Below are positions 29,742 through 38,360 of a DNA stretch of 64,000 bases, in pieces. The notes beneath the pieces were generated by a model that saw only the letters and a list, made by a program, of their open reading frames with translations, did not search any database and was not told where the DNA came from. Numbering within the stretch: position 1 is the stretch's first letter; every line of letters begins with the position of its first letter. This stretch comes from an uncultured Acetatifactor sp. GTDB taxonomy: Bacteria > Bacillota > Clostridia > Lachnospirales > Lachnospiraceae. The position numbers were made by a program, and so were the translations under genes. Location: positions 5,302 to 69,301 of the forward strand of contig CAKRYI010000011.1 in assembly GCA_934426825.1 (NCBI GenBank), written 5' to 3'.

Positions 29742-29769
29742 ATTTTAGTCCTAAAAATTGGTTTGTCAA
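29742..29769 (-). promoter_or_regulatory. Sigma-A-type promoter for the cstA leader: TTGACA-16 nt-TAAAAT
   Basis: On the minus strand TTGACA is at plus 29769-29764, a 16-nt spacer follows, and TAAAAT is at plus 29747-29742. Confidence 0.6.
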
Positions 29770-29818
29770 GATACATAATGTATTTTTTTGAATACAAAGT
29801 CAAAAAATTATACAACAA

Positions 29819-31150
29819 TTATTTCCGGGAATCTTTTTTCCGGTAAATGAAAACAGCCAGCACGGCGGTCAGGCTTTCGGCAACCACAAAGGCGCTCCAC
29901 ACGCCGTCTACGCCAAAGGCACGGCTGAGAAGAAAAGCCGCCGGAACAGTAATCACAATATACCGGGACAGGGAAATCATCAGGGAGGAAAATCCTCTTC
30001 CGAGAGCCTCCAGTGCACCGCAGGAGGTGACGGACAGGGTGGAGACAATGAATCCCAGACTGATGATATGCAGTGCGGTGACACCGAGGGAAACAGTGTC
30101 AGGGTTTTCCGTGAACAGACCAATCAGATTTTCGGGAATCAGCCAGCACAACAGGGTGCCGATTGCCATTATGGTTATGGAAAAGCCGCAGGCGGTGCGG
30201 TAAATCGCGGACACCCTTTTGTGCTCACCGGCACCGTAATTGTAGCTGATAAGAGGTCGGATACCCTGTATGATACCGTTGGTGGGCAGATAGATAAAGG
30301 TCTGTAGTTTATAATATACGCCCAGCACCAGTACGGCGGACTGGGAGTAGGCGGCAAGAATACTGTTTAACGCCGTAATCAGAAACGAGGGCAGTGCCAT
30401 GTTTAAGGTCGCGGGGATGCCGATTCCATAGAGCTTTTTCCACAAATCCGTGTCCGGTGTCAGGAAAGAACGGCTGATTTTTACCGGCAGGGGCTTAAGA
30501 ATAGAAAAGACAATATATGCCAATAATGTCAATATCTGACCGATGACGGTAGCCCATGCGGCGCCGGCAATTCCCATGGCGGGAAAAGGCCCGATACCGA
30601 AAATAAAGAGCGGGTCCAGTACGATATTTGCCACAAATCCGACGAGCATACAGAGCATGGTTTCTTTCATTCGCCCCACGGACTGGAAAATCTTTTCATA
30701 GGTGATTCCCAGTGTGACAACCGGACAGAACAGGAACACAATATTGGAGTAGTCCAGTCCGGATGCCAGAATGTCCCGGCTGTCCGTGAAGGAGCTTAAA
30801 AAAGCCGGCATGGCAAAAAGCAGCAGGAGAGCCAGCAGAATACCGTGTACCAGACCGAGCAAAAGACCCTGAGAGGCGGCACGGTTGGCACGCTTTTTAT
30901 TGTCAGCCCCTAAGTGATAGGAAATCATGGCATTGACACCGACGCCGAATCCTACGGCGATGGCAGTCAGCAGATTTTGCGCGGGATAGACCAAAGAAAG
31001 CGCAGTGATGGCGTCCTCGCTGAGTTTTGCCACAAAATAGCTGTCCACGATATTGTACAGAGAGTTGACTGCCATGGACAATACCATGGGAAAGGACATG
31101 GACAGTACAAGCGGAACAATTTTCTTTTCTTTCATAAATGTCTGGTTCAT
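29819..31150 (-). CDS. MATE family efflux transporter
   Basis: 443 aa with 12 predicted TM helices and the MATE N-terminal pattern (LVLSMSFPMVLSMAVNSLYNIVDSYFVAKLSEDAITALSLVYP). SD AAAGGAAAC. Confidence 0.85.
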   Translation of the reverse strand: MNQTFMKEKKIVPLVLSMSFPMVLSMAVNSLYNIVDSYFVAKLSEDAITALSLVYPAQNLLTAIAVGFGVGVNAMISYHLGADNKKRANRAASQGLLLGLVHGILLALLLLFAMPAFLSSFTDSRDILASGLDYSNIVFLFCPVVTLGITYEKIFQSVGRMKETMLCMLVGFVANIVLDPLFIFGIGPFPAMGIAGAAWATVIGQILTLLAYIVFSILKPLPVKISRSFLTPDTDLWKKLYGIGIPATLNMALPSFLITALNSILAAYSQSAVLVLGVYYKLQTFIYLPTNGIIQGIRPLISYNYGAGEHKRVSAIYRTACGFSITIMAIGTLLCWLIPENLIGLFTENPDTVSLGVTALHIISLGFIVSTLSVTSCGALEALGRGFSSLMISLSRYIVITVPAAFLLSRAFGVDGVWSAFVVAESLTAVLAVFIYRKKDSRK

Positions 31151-31415
31151 AGTTGTTTCCTTTTACTTTCTGAATGATATTGGGTAATGATTTGCGCCGT
31201 GTTTTTATTTTGCGCACATAAAAAGCCACACAACCATAATTTATGATTGCATGGCGAAAAAAGATTTGCATCTTAAAAAATCCACTACCCAAACGGGTTT
31301 TATAGGGTTATTATAAAGAGGAGGATGTGTTCTGTCAAGATTGGAAAAAGGGGATTGCCTGTAAAGAAAAATTTGTTATAATGCTTAAATGAAAGAGACG
31401 GACAGGAGGAATACC

Positions 31416-32261
31416 ATGGATAAGAGAGAAATCAGACAGCAGTTTCTTACCGGTGAGAGAGCTTTGTTTCAGGGAGAGAACCTGCAAATTTACGATACTA
31501 TTTTTGCCGACGGCGAGTCTCCGCTTAAGGAGAGCCATGATATTGAGTTATACGGAAGTATGTTTAAGTGGAAGTACCCGCTTTGGTACAGCCGCAATAT
31601 TTTGCTGAAAGACTGTACCCTGTTTGAGATGGCGAGAGCGGGTATCTGGTATACGGACCATATTTCCTTAACAGATACCATTGTGGAGGCACCGAAGAAT
31701 TTCAGACGCTGCCATGATGTGACGCTTGAGAATGTGTCTTTCCCCAATGCTGCGGAAACACTGTGGAGCTGCGACGGAGTGCAGATGAACCGGGTGACGG
31801 CAAAGGGCGATTATTTTGCCATGAACAGTAAAAATATGGTGATAAAGGATTTCCAGTTATTGGGAAATTACAGCTTTGACGGAGCGGAGAATGTGGAGAT
31901 TCACAATGCAAAAATGTTGTCCAAGGACTCTTTCTGGAACAGTGACAACATTACGGTATATGATTCTTTCATTTCCGGAGAATATTTAGGATGGAATGCC
32001 AAAAATCTGACGTTAATTAACTGTACGGTGGAAAGTTTGCAGGGAATGTGTTATATCGACAATCTGGTTATGAAAAACTGCAAGCTGATTAACACGACAC
32101 TGGCATTTGAATATTCCACGGTCGAGGCGGATATTCACAGTAAGATTGACAGCGTGCTGAATCCCAATGGAGGAATTATCCGTGCCGATTCTATCGGGGA
32201 ACTGATTATTGAGAAGGACAAGGTTGACCCCGCAAAGACTAAAATTATTTGTAAAGAATAA
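31416..32261 (+). CDS. Uncharacterised protein, DUF3737-like (predicted beta-helix). Family name is from memory and unverified.
   Basis: About 281 aa with short, repeated N/D/G-rich beta-strand units (…NVEIHNAKMLSKDSFWNSDNITVYDSFISGEYLGWNAKNLTLINCTVES…). The ATG at 31416 has GGAGGAA immediately upstream. The next gene, patB, starts 20 nt later. Confidence 0.5.
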   Translation: MDKREIRQQFLTGERALFQGENLQIYDTIFADGESPLKESHDIELYGSMFKWKYPLWYSRNILLKDCTLFEMARAGIWYTDHISLTDTIVEAPKNFRRCHDVTLENVSFPNAAETLWSCDGVQMNRVTAKGDYFAMNSKNMVIKDFQLLGNYSFDGAENVEIHNAKMLSKDSFWNSDNITVYDSFISGEYLGWNAKNLTLINCTVESLQGMCYIDNLVMKNCKLINTTLAFEYSTVEADIHSKIDSVLNPNGGIIRADSIGELIIEKDKVDPAKTKIICKE

Positions 32262-32280
32262 CCGTTCAGGAGGCAGCAGG

Positions 32281-33438
32281 ATGCAGTACGATTTTGACAA
32301 AGTGATTGACAGAAGAAACACTAATTCCCTGAAGTGGGACGTGCCGGAGAGAGAACTGCCCATGTGGGTGGCGGATATGGATTTTCAGACGGCACCGGAA
32401 ATCATTTCGGCGCTTCAAAAGAGAACGGAGCATGGCGTTTTCGGTTACTCTGTTGTGCCGGATGAATGGTATGACGCATATGTTCACTGGTGGAGGGACA
32501 GACATCATTTTACGATGGAAAAGGACTGGCTGATTTTCTGCACGGGAGTGGTTCCCGCCATTTCCAGTATGGTACGGAAGCTGACAACGGCGGGCGAAAA
32601 GGTGCTGGTGCAGACCCCGGTTTACAATATCTTTTTTAATTCCATTGTTAACAACGGAAGAATCATTCTGGAAAATGAGCTTTTGTACGATGGCAATTCC
32701 TATTCCATGGATTTTGAAGATTTGGAAAGAAAGCTGTCTGACCCGCAGACCACGCTGATGCTTTTGTGCAATCCGCAGAATCCTGCCGGCAGAATCTGGG
32801 GATGCGAGACTTTGGAAAAGGTGGGAGAGCTGTGCTGGAAGCACCATGTGCGGGTGATTTCGGACGAGATTCATTGCGATTTGGCTTTTCCCGGACAGGA
32901 GTATATTCCGTTTGCCTCCGTTTCGGACAAATGCAGAATGAACAGTGTTACCTGTCTTGCACCGACAAAGGCATTCAATATCGCCGGACTCCAGACTGCG
33001 GCGGTGTCCGTGCCTGATCCGGTACTTCGGCATAAAGTAAACAGAGGCCTGAATACGGATGAGGTGGCGGAACCGAATGCGTATGCCGTGCAGGCGGCGG
33101 TGGCGGCATTTACGGAAGGTGCGCCGTGGCTGGATGAACTGCGGGAATACCTCTATGGAAACAGGCAGTATGTGCAGACTTTTTTGAAAAAAGAGCTCCC
33201 GCAGGTGAAATTAGTGGAGTCTCAGGCAACCTATCTTTTGTGGCTGGACTGTGAGAAAATTGCAAAAGATACGGAGCCGCTGGCAGACTTTTTGCGGAAA
33301 GAGACCGGACTGTATGTGACGGCGGGCGGCTGTTACGGCTCCGGGTCACAGAAATTTTTAAGGGTCAATATCGCATGTCCGAGAGGGACATTGGAGGACG
33401 GAATGAACCGCCTGAAAACAGGTTTACAAAAATTTTAG
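32281..33438 (+). CDS. patB: MalY/PatB-type PLP-dependent C-S lyase (cystathionine beta-lyase / aminotransferase class I-II)
   Basis: MQYDFDKVIDRRNTNSLKWDV...MWVADMDFQTAPEI is the hallmark N-terminus of PatB/MalY. SD CAGGAGG before the ATG at 32281. Confidence 0.85.
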   Translation: MQYDFDKVIDRRNTNSLKWDVPERELPMWVADMDFQTAPEIISALQKRTEHGVFGYSVVPDEWYDAYVHWWRDRHHFTMEKDWLIFCTGVVPAISSMVRKLTTAGEKVLVQTPVYNIFFNSIVNNGRIILENELLYDGNSYSMDFEDLERKLSDPQTTLMLLCNPQNPAGRIWGCETLEKVGELCWKHHVRVISDEIHCDLAFPGQEYIPFASVSDKCRMNSVTCLAPTKAFNIAGLQTAAVSVPDPVLRHKVNRGLNTDEVAEPNAYAVQAAVAAFTEGAPWLDELREYLYGNRQYVQTFLKKELPQVKLVESQATYLLWLDCEKIAKDTEPLADFLRKETGLYVTAGGCYGSGSQKFLRVNIACPRGTLEDGMNRLKTGLQKF

Positions 33439-33480
33439 AATTTGTGAAATGCCTGAAAATACTGGGTTTTCACGGAATTA

Positions 33481-33507
33481 TTAGCACTCGGTAAAAACGA
33501 GTGCTAA
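33481..33507. promoter_or_regulatory. CIRCE operator (HrcA binding site) TTAGCACTC-N9-GAGTGCTAA, perfect match
   Basis: ttagcactc ggtaaaaac gagtgctaa lies 155 nt upstream of htpG and is immediately followed by a TTGACT-17-TACACT promoter at 33515-33543. Confidence 0.85.
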
Positions 33508-33514
33508 TTTTATC

Positions 33515-33543
33515 TTGACTTTTCCGGTGGACAGAATTACACT
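33515..33543 (+). promoter_or_regulatory. Sigma-A-type promoter of htpG: TTGACT-17 nt-TACACT
   Basis: Hexamers at 33515-33520 and 33538-33543 with 17-nt spacing, abutting the CIRCE element. Confidence 0.55.
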
Positions 33544-33682
33544 TATCTCAATGGGGTGAAACGGAGGCGTAAAAGCCGAAGGAATCACACACGGAAAGCC
33601 GTCGGGCGGACATCGTTATGCGGACGCTGTTATATGGCGGCAGACAAGATAAAAACAAGAAATGAAGAAGGATGTGGTAGAA

Positions 33683-35767
33683 ATGGCAGCAAAGAGTGGC
33701 AGTTTATCAATTAACAGCGAAAATATTTTCCCGATTATTAAAAAGTGGTTGTATTCGGATCATGATATTTTCTACAGGGAGCTTATTTCCAACGGCTGTG
33801 ATGCAGTTACCAAGCTGAAAAAGTTAGACATGATGGGAGAGTATACCCTGCCGGAAGGTTATAAGGGCAGAATAGATGTTGTGGTCGACCCGGAGAAGAA
33901 AACATTGACCTTCAAGGATAACGGTCTGGGAATGACGGCTGACGAGGTTGAGGAATATATTAACCAGATTGCCTTTTCCGGTGCAACGGATTTTATTGAA
34001 AAATATAAGGATAAGAGCAATTCCGACCAGATTATCGGACATTTCGGATTAGGTTTCTATTCGGCATTTATGGTGGCGGACGAGGTACATATTGACACCC
34101 TTTCCTATAAGGAGGGTGCAAAGGCGGTTCACTGGGAATGTGACGGCGGTACGGAATTTTCCATGGAGGATGGGGATAAGACGGAGGTCGGTACGACCAT
34201 AACCCTGTTCCTCAATGAGGACTGTCTGGAATTCTGCAATGAGTACAAGGCTCGTGAGGTAGTGAAGAAGTATTGTTCTTTCATGCCTACGGAAATTTAT
34301 TTGTCCAAGGCAGATACCAAGGAAACCCAGATTATTAAAGAAGAGGAAAAACAGGCTGACGACGTTGTGTTAGAAGTCATTGAGCCGGAGAAAAAAGAAG
34401 GCGAGGAAGCTGAGAAGGAGTCGGCGGACAAAGAGCCGGAACCCCGTAAGTTAAAAATCAGAAAGCGTCCGGAGCTTATCAACGAGACTACACCGCTTTG
34501 GACAAAACACCCCAACGACTGCACCAAGGAGGAATATCTGGAGTTTTACCGTAAGGTATTTCAGGATTACAAGGAGCCGTTGTTCTGGATTCATCTGAAT
34601 ATGGACTATCCTTTTAATTTAAAGGGTATTTTGTACTTCCCTAAGATTAATATGGAGTATGAGTCCATTGAGGGAACGATTAAGTTATACAACAATCAGG
34701 TGTTTATTGCAGATAATATCAAGGAAGTCATTCCGGAATTTCTGCTTCTGTTAAAGGGCGTTATCGACTGCCCGGATTTGCCGCTTAACGTATCCAGAAG
34801 TGCCTTGCAGAATGATGGATTTGTGAAAAAGATTGCGGAGTACATTACCAAAAAGGTAGCGGATAAGTTGTCCGGTATGTGCAAAACGGATAAGGAAGAA
34901 TACGATAAATACTGGGATGACATCAGCCCGTTTATCAAGTTCGGCTGCCTGAAGGACGACAAGTTCTGCGAAAAGATGAATGATTTTATTCTGTTCAAGA
35001 ACTTGGAGGGCAAGTATCTGACGCTTCCCGAATGTCTGGAGCTGAAACCGCAGGAGGAAGAGGGCAGTGACAGCGCCGTGGATGAAAACGGCGAAAAGGT
35101 GGAAGCCGAAGTAGTGGACGAGAATACGGAGGCGGAAGCTGAGGAAGAAAAGAAAGAGAAAATCATTTATTATGTCACGGATGAACAGCAGCAGAGCCAG
35201 TATATCAATATGTTCAAGGCTGCAAAGATGGACGCTGTGATTTTGACCCACAATATCGACCAGCCTTTCATTTCACAGCTTGAGTCCAAGAACGAGGGAA
35301 TCAAATTCCAGCGTATTGATGCGGATGTGACGGACGCCCTCAAAGCAAAGACCTCGAAAAAGGCGGAAAAAGAGCTGGAGGAGCAGGCTGAGGCAATTTC
35401 CAAACTCATGAAGAAGGCGCTGAAAAACGACAAGATTACCGTAAAAGTGGAGAAATTGAAGAACAAAAAGATTTCTTCCATGATTACCCTGTCCGAAGAG
35501 AGCAGACGTATGCAGGATATGATGAAGATGTACTCCATGCCCGGCATGGATATGGGAGGATTTGCGTCCGAGGGCGAGACTTTGATTCTGAATGCAAACC
35601 ATCCGCTGGTTCAGTTTGTGACGGAGCATCAGGACAGTGAGAATGCCGAGATGATTTGCGAGCAGCTTTATGATTTGGCAAAGATACAGCATGCACCGCT
35701 GTCTCCGGAGGCAATGACGAAATTTATTGCCCGCAGCAATGATATTATGATGATGCTGGCAAAATAA
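33683..35767 (+). CDS. htpG: Molecular chaperone HtpG (Hsp90)
   Basis: The GHKL N-domain motif ELISNGCDAVTKL and overall length and architecture. A Glu/Lys-rich charged linker is present (…KEGEEAEKESADKEPEPRK…). An alternative start is the ATG at 33662. Confidence 0.9.
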   Translation: MAAKSGSLSINSENIFPIIKKWLYSDHDIFYRELISNGCDAVTKLKKLDMMGEYTLPEGYKGRIDVVVDPEKKTLTFKDNGLGMTADEVEEYINQIAFSGATDFIEKYKDKSNSDQIIGHFGLGFYSAFMVADEVHIDTLSYKEGAKAVHWECDGGTEFSMEDGDKTEVGTTITLFLNEDCLEFCNEYKAREVVKKYCSFMPTEIYLSKADTKETQIIKEEEKQADDVVLEVIEPEKKEGEEAEKESADKEPEPRKLKIRKRPELINETTPLWTKHPNDCTKEEYLEFYRKVFQDYKEPLFWIHLNMDYPFNLKGILYFPKINMEYESIEGTIKLYNNQVFIADNIKEVIPEFLLLLKGVIDCPDLPLNVSRSALQNDGFVKKIAEYITKKVADKLSGMCKTDKEEYDKYWDDISPFIKFGCLKDDKFCEKMNDFILFKNLEGKYLTLPECLELKPQEEEGSDSAVDENGEKVEAEVVDENTEAEAEEEKKEKIIYYVTDEQQQSQYINMFKAAKMDAVILTHNIDQPFISQLESKNEGIKFQRIDADVTDALKAKTSKKAEKELEEQAEAISKLMKKALKNDKITVKVEKLKNKKISSMITLSEESRRMQDMMKMYSMPGMDMGGFASEGETLILNANHPLVQFVTEHQDSENAEMICEQLYDLAKIQHAPLSPEAMTKFIARSNDIMMMLAK

Positions 35768-35887
35768 ATTCAGGTGTAACATAAGATTGTGCAATCTGCT
35801 TGAAATACTTTTTCGGGTGGATTGCACATTTTTGGGTTGTAAGCATGACAGCGTATGACGTTTGCAATAACAGGAATGAGGGACAGG

Positions 35888-36460
35888 ATGGACAGAAAAA
35901 AAGGAAAACTGCTCTGGCAGTTATTTGTAAATATCCTATATGTCAGCACATTTACTTTTGGCGGCGGCTTTGTGATTGTTTCGATTATGAAGCAGAAGTT
36001 TGTGGATGAACTGCACTGGCTGGATGAAAAAGAAATGCTGGATTTCACAGCTTTGGCACAATCCTCGCCCGGAGCCATAGCGGTCAATGCCGCCATTCTG
36101 GTAGGGTGGAGAATAGCAGGGCCAGTGGGAATGGTAGTGGCAGTGGTGGCATGTATTCTGCCGCCCATGCTGATTTTGTCTATCATATCGGTCTGCTATG
36201 CAGCGCTGATTCAAAACACCTATGTGGCAATGCTGCTCAAGGGGATGCAGGCGGGAGTTGCTGCAGTGGTTTTGGATGTGGCGTGCGATTTGTGTCTGAA
36301 AGTGGGAAGGGATAAGAAAATTCTTAATATTCTTCTCATGGCAGCGGCATTTGTGGCGGCATTTTTCTTCCGGGTGAACGTGATTTTCATTATTTTAGGT
36401 GCCGCTGTGTGCGGAATCGCAGGTGCACTCTTTCAGTGGAGAAAGGGGGCGGCAAAATGA
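35888..36460 (+). CDS. Chromate transporter ChrA family, half-size protein (first of a pair)
   Basis: LFVNILYVSTFTFGGGFVIVSIMKQKFVDELHWLDEKEMLDFTALAQSSPGAIAVNAAILVGWRIAG is the ChrA signature. The ATG at 35888 has a GAGGGA SD. Its stop overlaps the next start. Confidence 0.8.
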   Translation: MDRKKGKLLWQLFVNILYVSTFTFGGGFVIVSIMKQKFVDELHWLDEKEMLDFTALAQSSPGAIAVNAAILVGWRIAGPVGMVVAVVACILPPMLILSIISVCYAALIQNTYVAMLLKGMQAGVAAVVLDVACDLCLKVGRDKKILNILLMAAAFVAAFFFRVNVIFIILGAAVCGIAGALFQWRKGAAK

Positions 36461-37020
36461 TATATTTGCAGTTGTTTTGGAGTTTTTTACAGGTAGGACT
36501 GTTCAGTATCGGAGGCGGATATGCGGCAATGCCTTTGATTCAGGCGCAGATGGTGGAAAAGCACGGCTGGATTACGATGAACGAGTTTGCCGACCTGATT
36601 ACCATTGCCGAGATGACACCGGGGCCCATTGCGGTGAACTCCGCGACCTTTGTGGGAATCCGGATAGCGGGAATACCGGGGGCAATCGTGGCTACGCTCG
36701 GCTGTATTCTGCCGTCTGTTGTTATCGTGTCCCTTTTGTTTTATGTGTATTTTAAGTACAGAGAGTTGTCGGTGTTGGAAAGCATACTGGCGGCTTTGCG
36801 TGCAGCAGTGGTGGCGCTGATTCTCTCGGCAGGGATTGATTTGTTAAAAAATGCGGTGCTGGACGGAAGAGAATTTAATATTCAGTATGTGGACTGGATA
36901 GGTGCCGGATTATTTGTGGCGGCATTTTTGATTCTGCGCATCCGAAAATGGAATCCCATTCTTGTAATGTGCCTGTGCGGGGTTGCCGGGTTGGGGATTC
37001 GGATGATTGCGAGGGTGTGA
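36457..37020 (+). CDS. Chromate transporter ChrA family, half-size protein (second of a pair)
   Basis: LQVGLFSIGGGYAAMPLIQAQMVEKHGWITMNEFADLITIAEMTPGPIAVNSATFVGIRIAG. The ATGA overlap with the first half fits the usual two-gene heterodimeric ChrA arrangement. Confidence 0.8.
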   Translation: MIYLQLFWSFLQVGLFSIGGGYAAMPLIQAQMVEKHGWITMNEFADLITIAEMTPGPIAVNSATFVGIRIAGIPGAIVATLGCILPSVVIVSLLFYVYFKYRELSVLESILAALRAAVVALILSAGIDLLKNAVLDGREFNIQYVDWIGAGLFVAAFLILRIRKWNPILVMCLCGVAGLGIRMIARV

Positions 37021-37107
37021 ATGGGGTAAAAACAGGTTATTTATTAGACAGGCATAACGGTGCCATGCTATAATAAGGCATATGGACAGGGAGAGAAGGT
37101 GAGAAGC

Positions 37108-38247
37108 ATGGAGTTGTCACAGACCAAATGGCAGGAATACGAGATTATGCACGGAAATCAGAAAGTTGCGGGGGTCTGCCGGAATGGCAGATGCCGGATT
37201 TATGCAGAAAAAATGCTACCATACAATCTTTATCTGGAAGAAATTTCAGAGGATGATATAGACGGCAGAATACAAAATCTGGATAACTTTTACCATTGGT
37301 GTGCTTCCCGGATTCTCACATTGGACAGGGAGTATGCCAAGGAGATTATGAACAGTATTGGGGCAACGCAATCGACTACAGACAAAGAGCGGGCAGAGAT
37401 TGCACTGTCGTATCATTGCCTGTCACTCATGGATATTTTCTGGGTAAAAGAGAAAAGCGAGCGGCAGGATTTTTCTCAGCTGAATTTGTTTGAAAATCAT
37501 TTGGAATCGACTTTTGTGGATGTTTCTCTCAGGGGAAGGCAGATGACCATACAGAACAGGCACCTGATAGCGGACGATCTGGGAACACAAGGATGTTATC
37601 CGAAAGCATGGATCAGAGAACGGGAGGGATTCCGGCTTTTAAAAGACGGAGGAACGGAGCCTGTTGAAAACGAGCTTTTGGCAAGCAAAATAGTAAGATG
37701 TTTCCGGGTGAATCAGGTGGAGTATGAGGAAGCGTTTTATGATGGGCAGAAGGTGTCAGTGAGTAAAATCATCACGTCTCTGAATGAGAGTATTGTGCCT
37801 ATGGAATATTTTGAGGTTTACGCCTGCAATCATGAGATAGATACCATGCAATATATTTTGCAGCTGGATGGATATTCCTATTATATGATGAATATCATTG
37901 ACTATTTGATTGGAAATACGGACAGACATTGGGGGAATTGGGGATTACTGATTGACAATGAAACAAATCAGCCCATCCGCCTCTATGATTTAATGGATTT
38001 TAACAAAGCATTTCAGGCATATGATACACCGGATGGAGCCAGCTGTCTGACAACCAAAGCCAAAATGACACAAAGACAGGCAGCGATTGAGGCGGTAAAA
38101 AAGGTTGGGTTAAATCAGGTGAAAGAAGTGGATTTGGCGTGGTTTACGGATGCGGCAGCGAGAGGGATGTTTGAAGAAAGACTGAGGATATTGCGGGAAA
38201 ACCACACCTGCACGGACCGTGTCAAAGAATACGAAGAAAAAGTATAG
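37108..38247 (+). CDS. HipA-like Ser/Thr kinase domain protein (orphan, no adjacent HipB-like gene)
   Basis: Catalytic-loop match IGNTDRHWGNWGLL (HipA: GNxDDHxKNFSLL), a downstream RLYDLMDF segment (HipA AP(A/L)YD), and an upstream LGTQGCYPKAW segment that loosely resembles the HipA G-V-Q-x-K phosphate-binding motif. SD GGGAGAGAAGG before the ATG at 37108. Confidence 0.55.
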   Translation: MELSQTKWQEYEIMHGNQKVAGVCRNGRCRIYAEKMLPYNLYLEEISEDDIDGRIQNLDNFYHWCASRILTLDREYAKEIMNSIGATQSTTDKERAEIALSYHCLSLMDIFWVKEKSERQDFSQLNLFENHLESTFVDVSLRGRQMTIQNRHLIADDLGTQGCYPKAWIREREGFRLLKDGGTEPVENELLASKIVRCFRVNQVEYEEAFYDGQKVSVSKIITSLNESIVPMEYFEVYACNHEIDTMQYILQLDGYSYYMMNIIDYLIGNTDRHWGNWGLLIDNETNQPIRLYDLMDFNKAFQAYDTPDGASCLTTKAKMTQRQAAIEAVKKVGLNQVKEVDLAWFTDAAARGMFEERLRILRENHTCTDRVKEYEEKV

Positions 38248-38360
38248 ATAATTTGGTGTACGGAAATATAAAATACAGTGACAGGGACGGAGAGGATTCA
38301 TTCATAATCCTCTCCGTCCCTGTTTTGAATATTCCGCATTTCTGTGACCGGGGCATTTCC

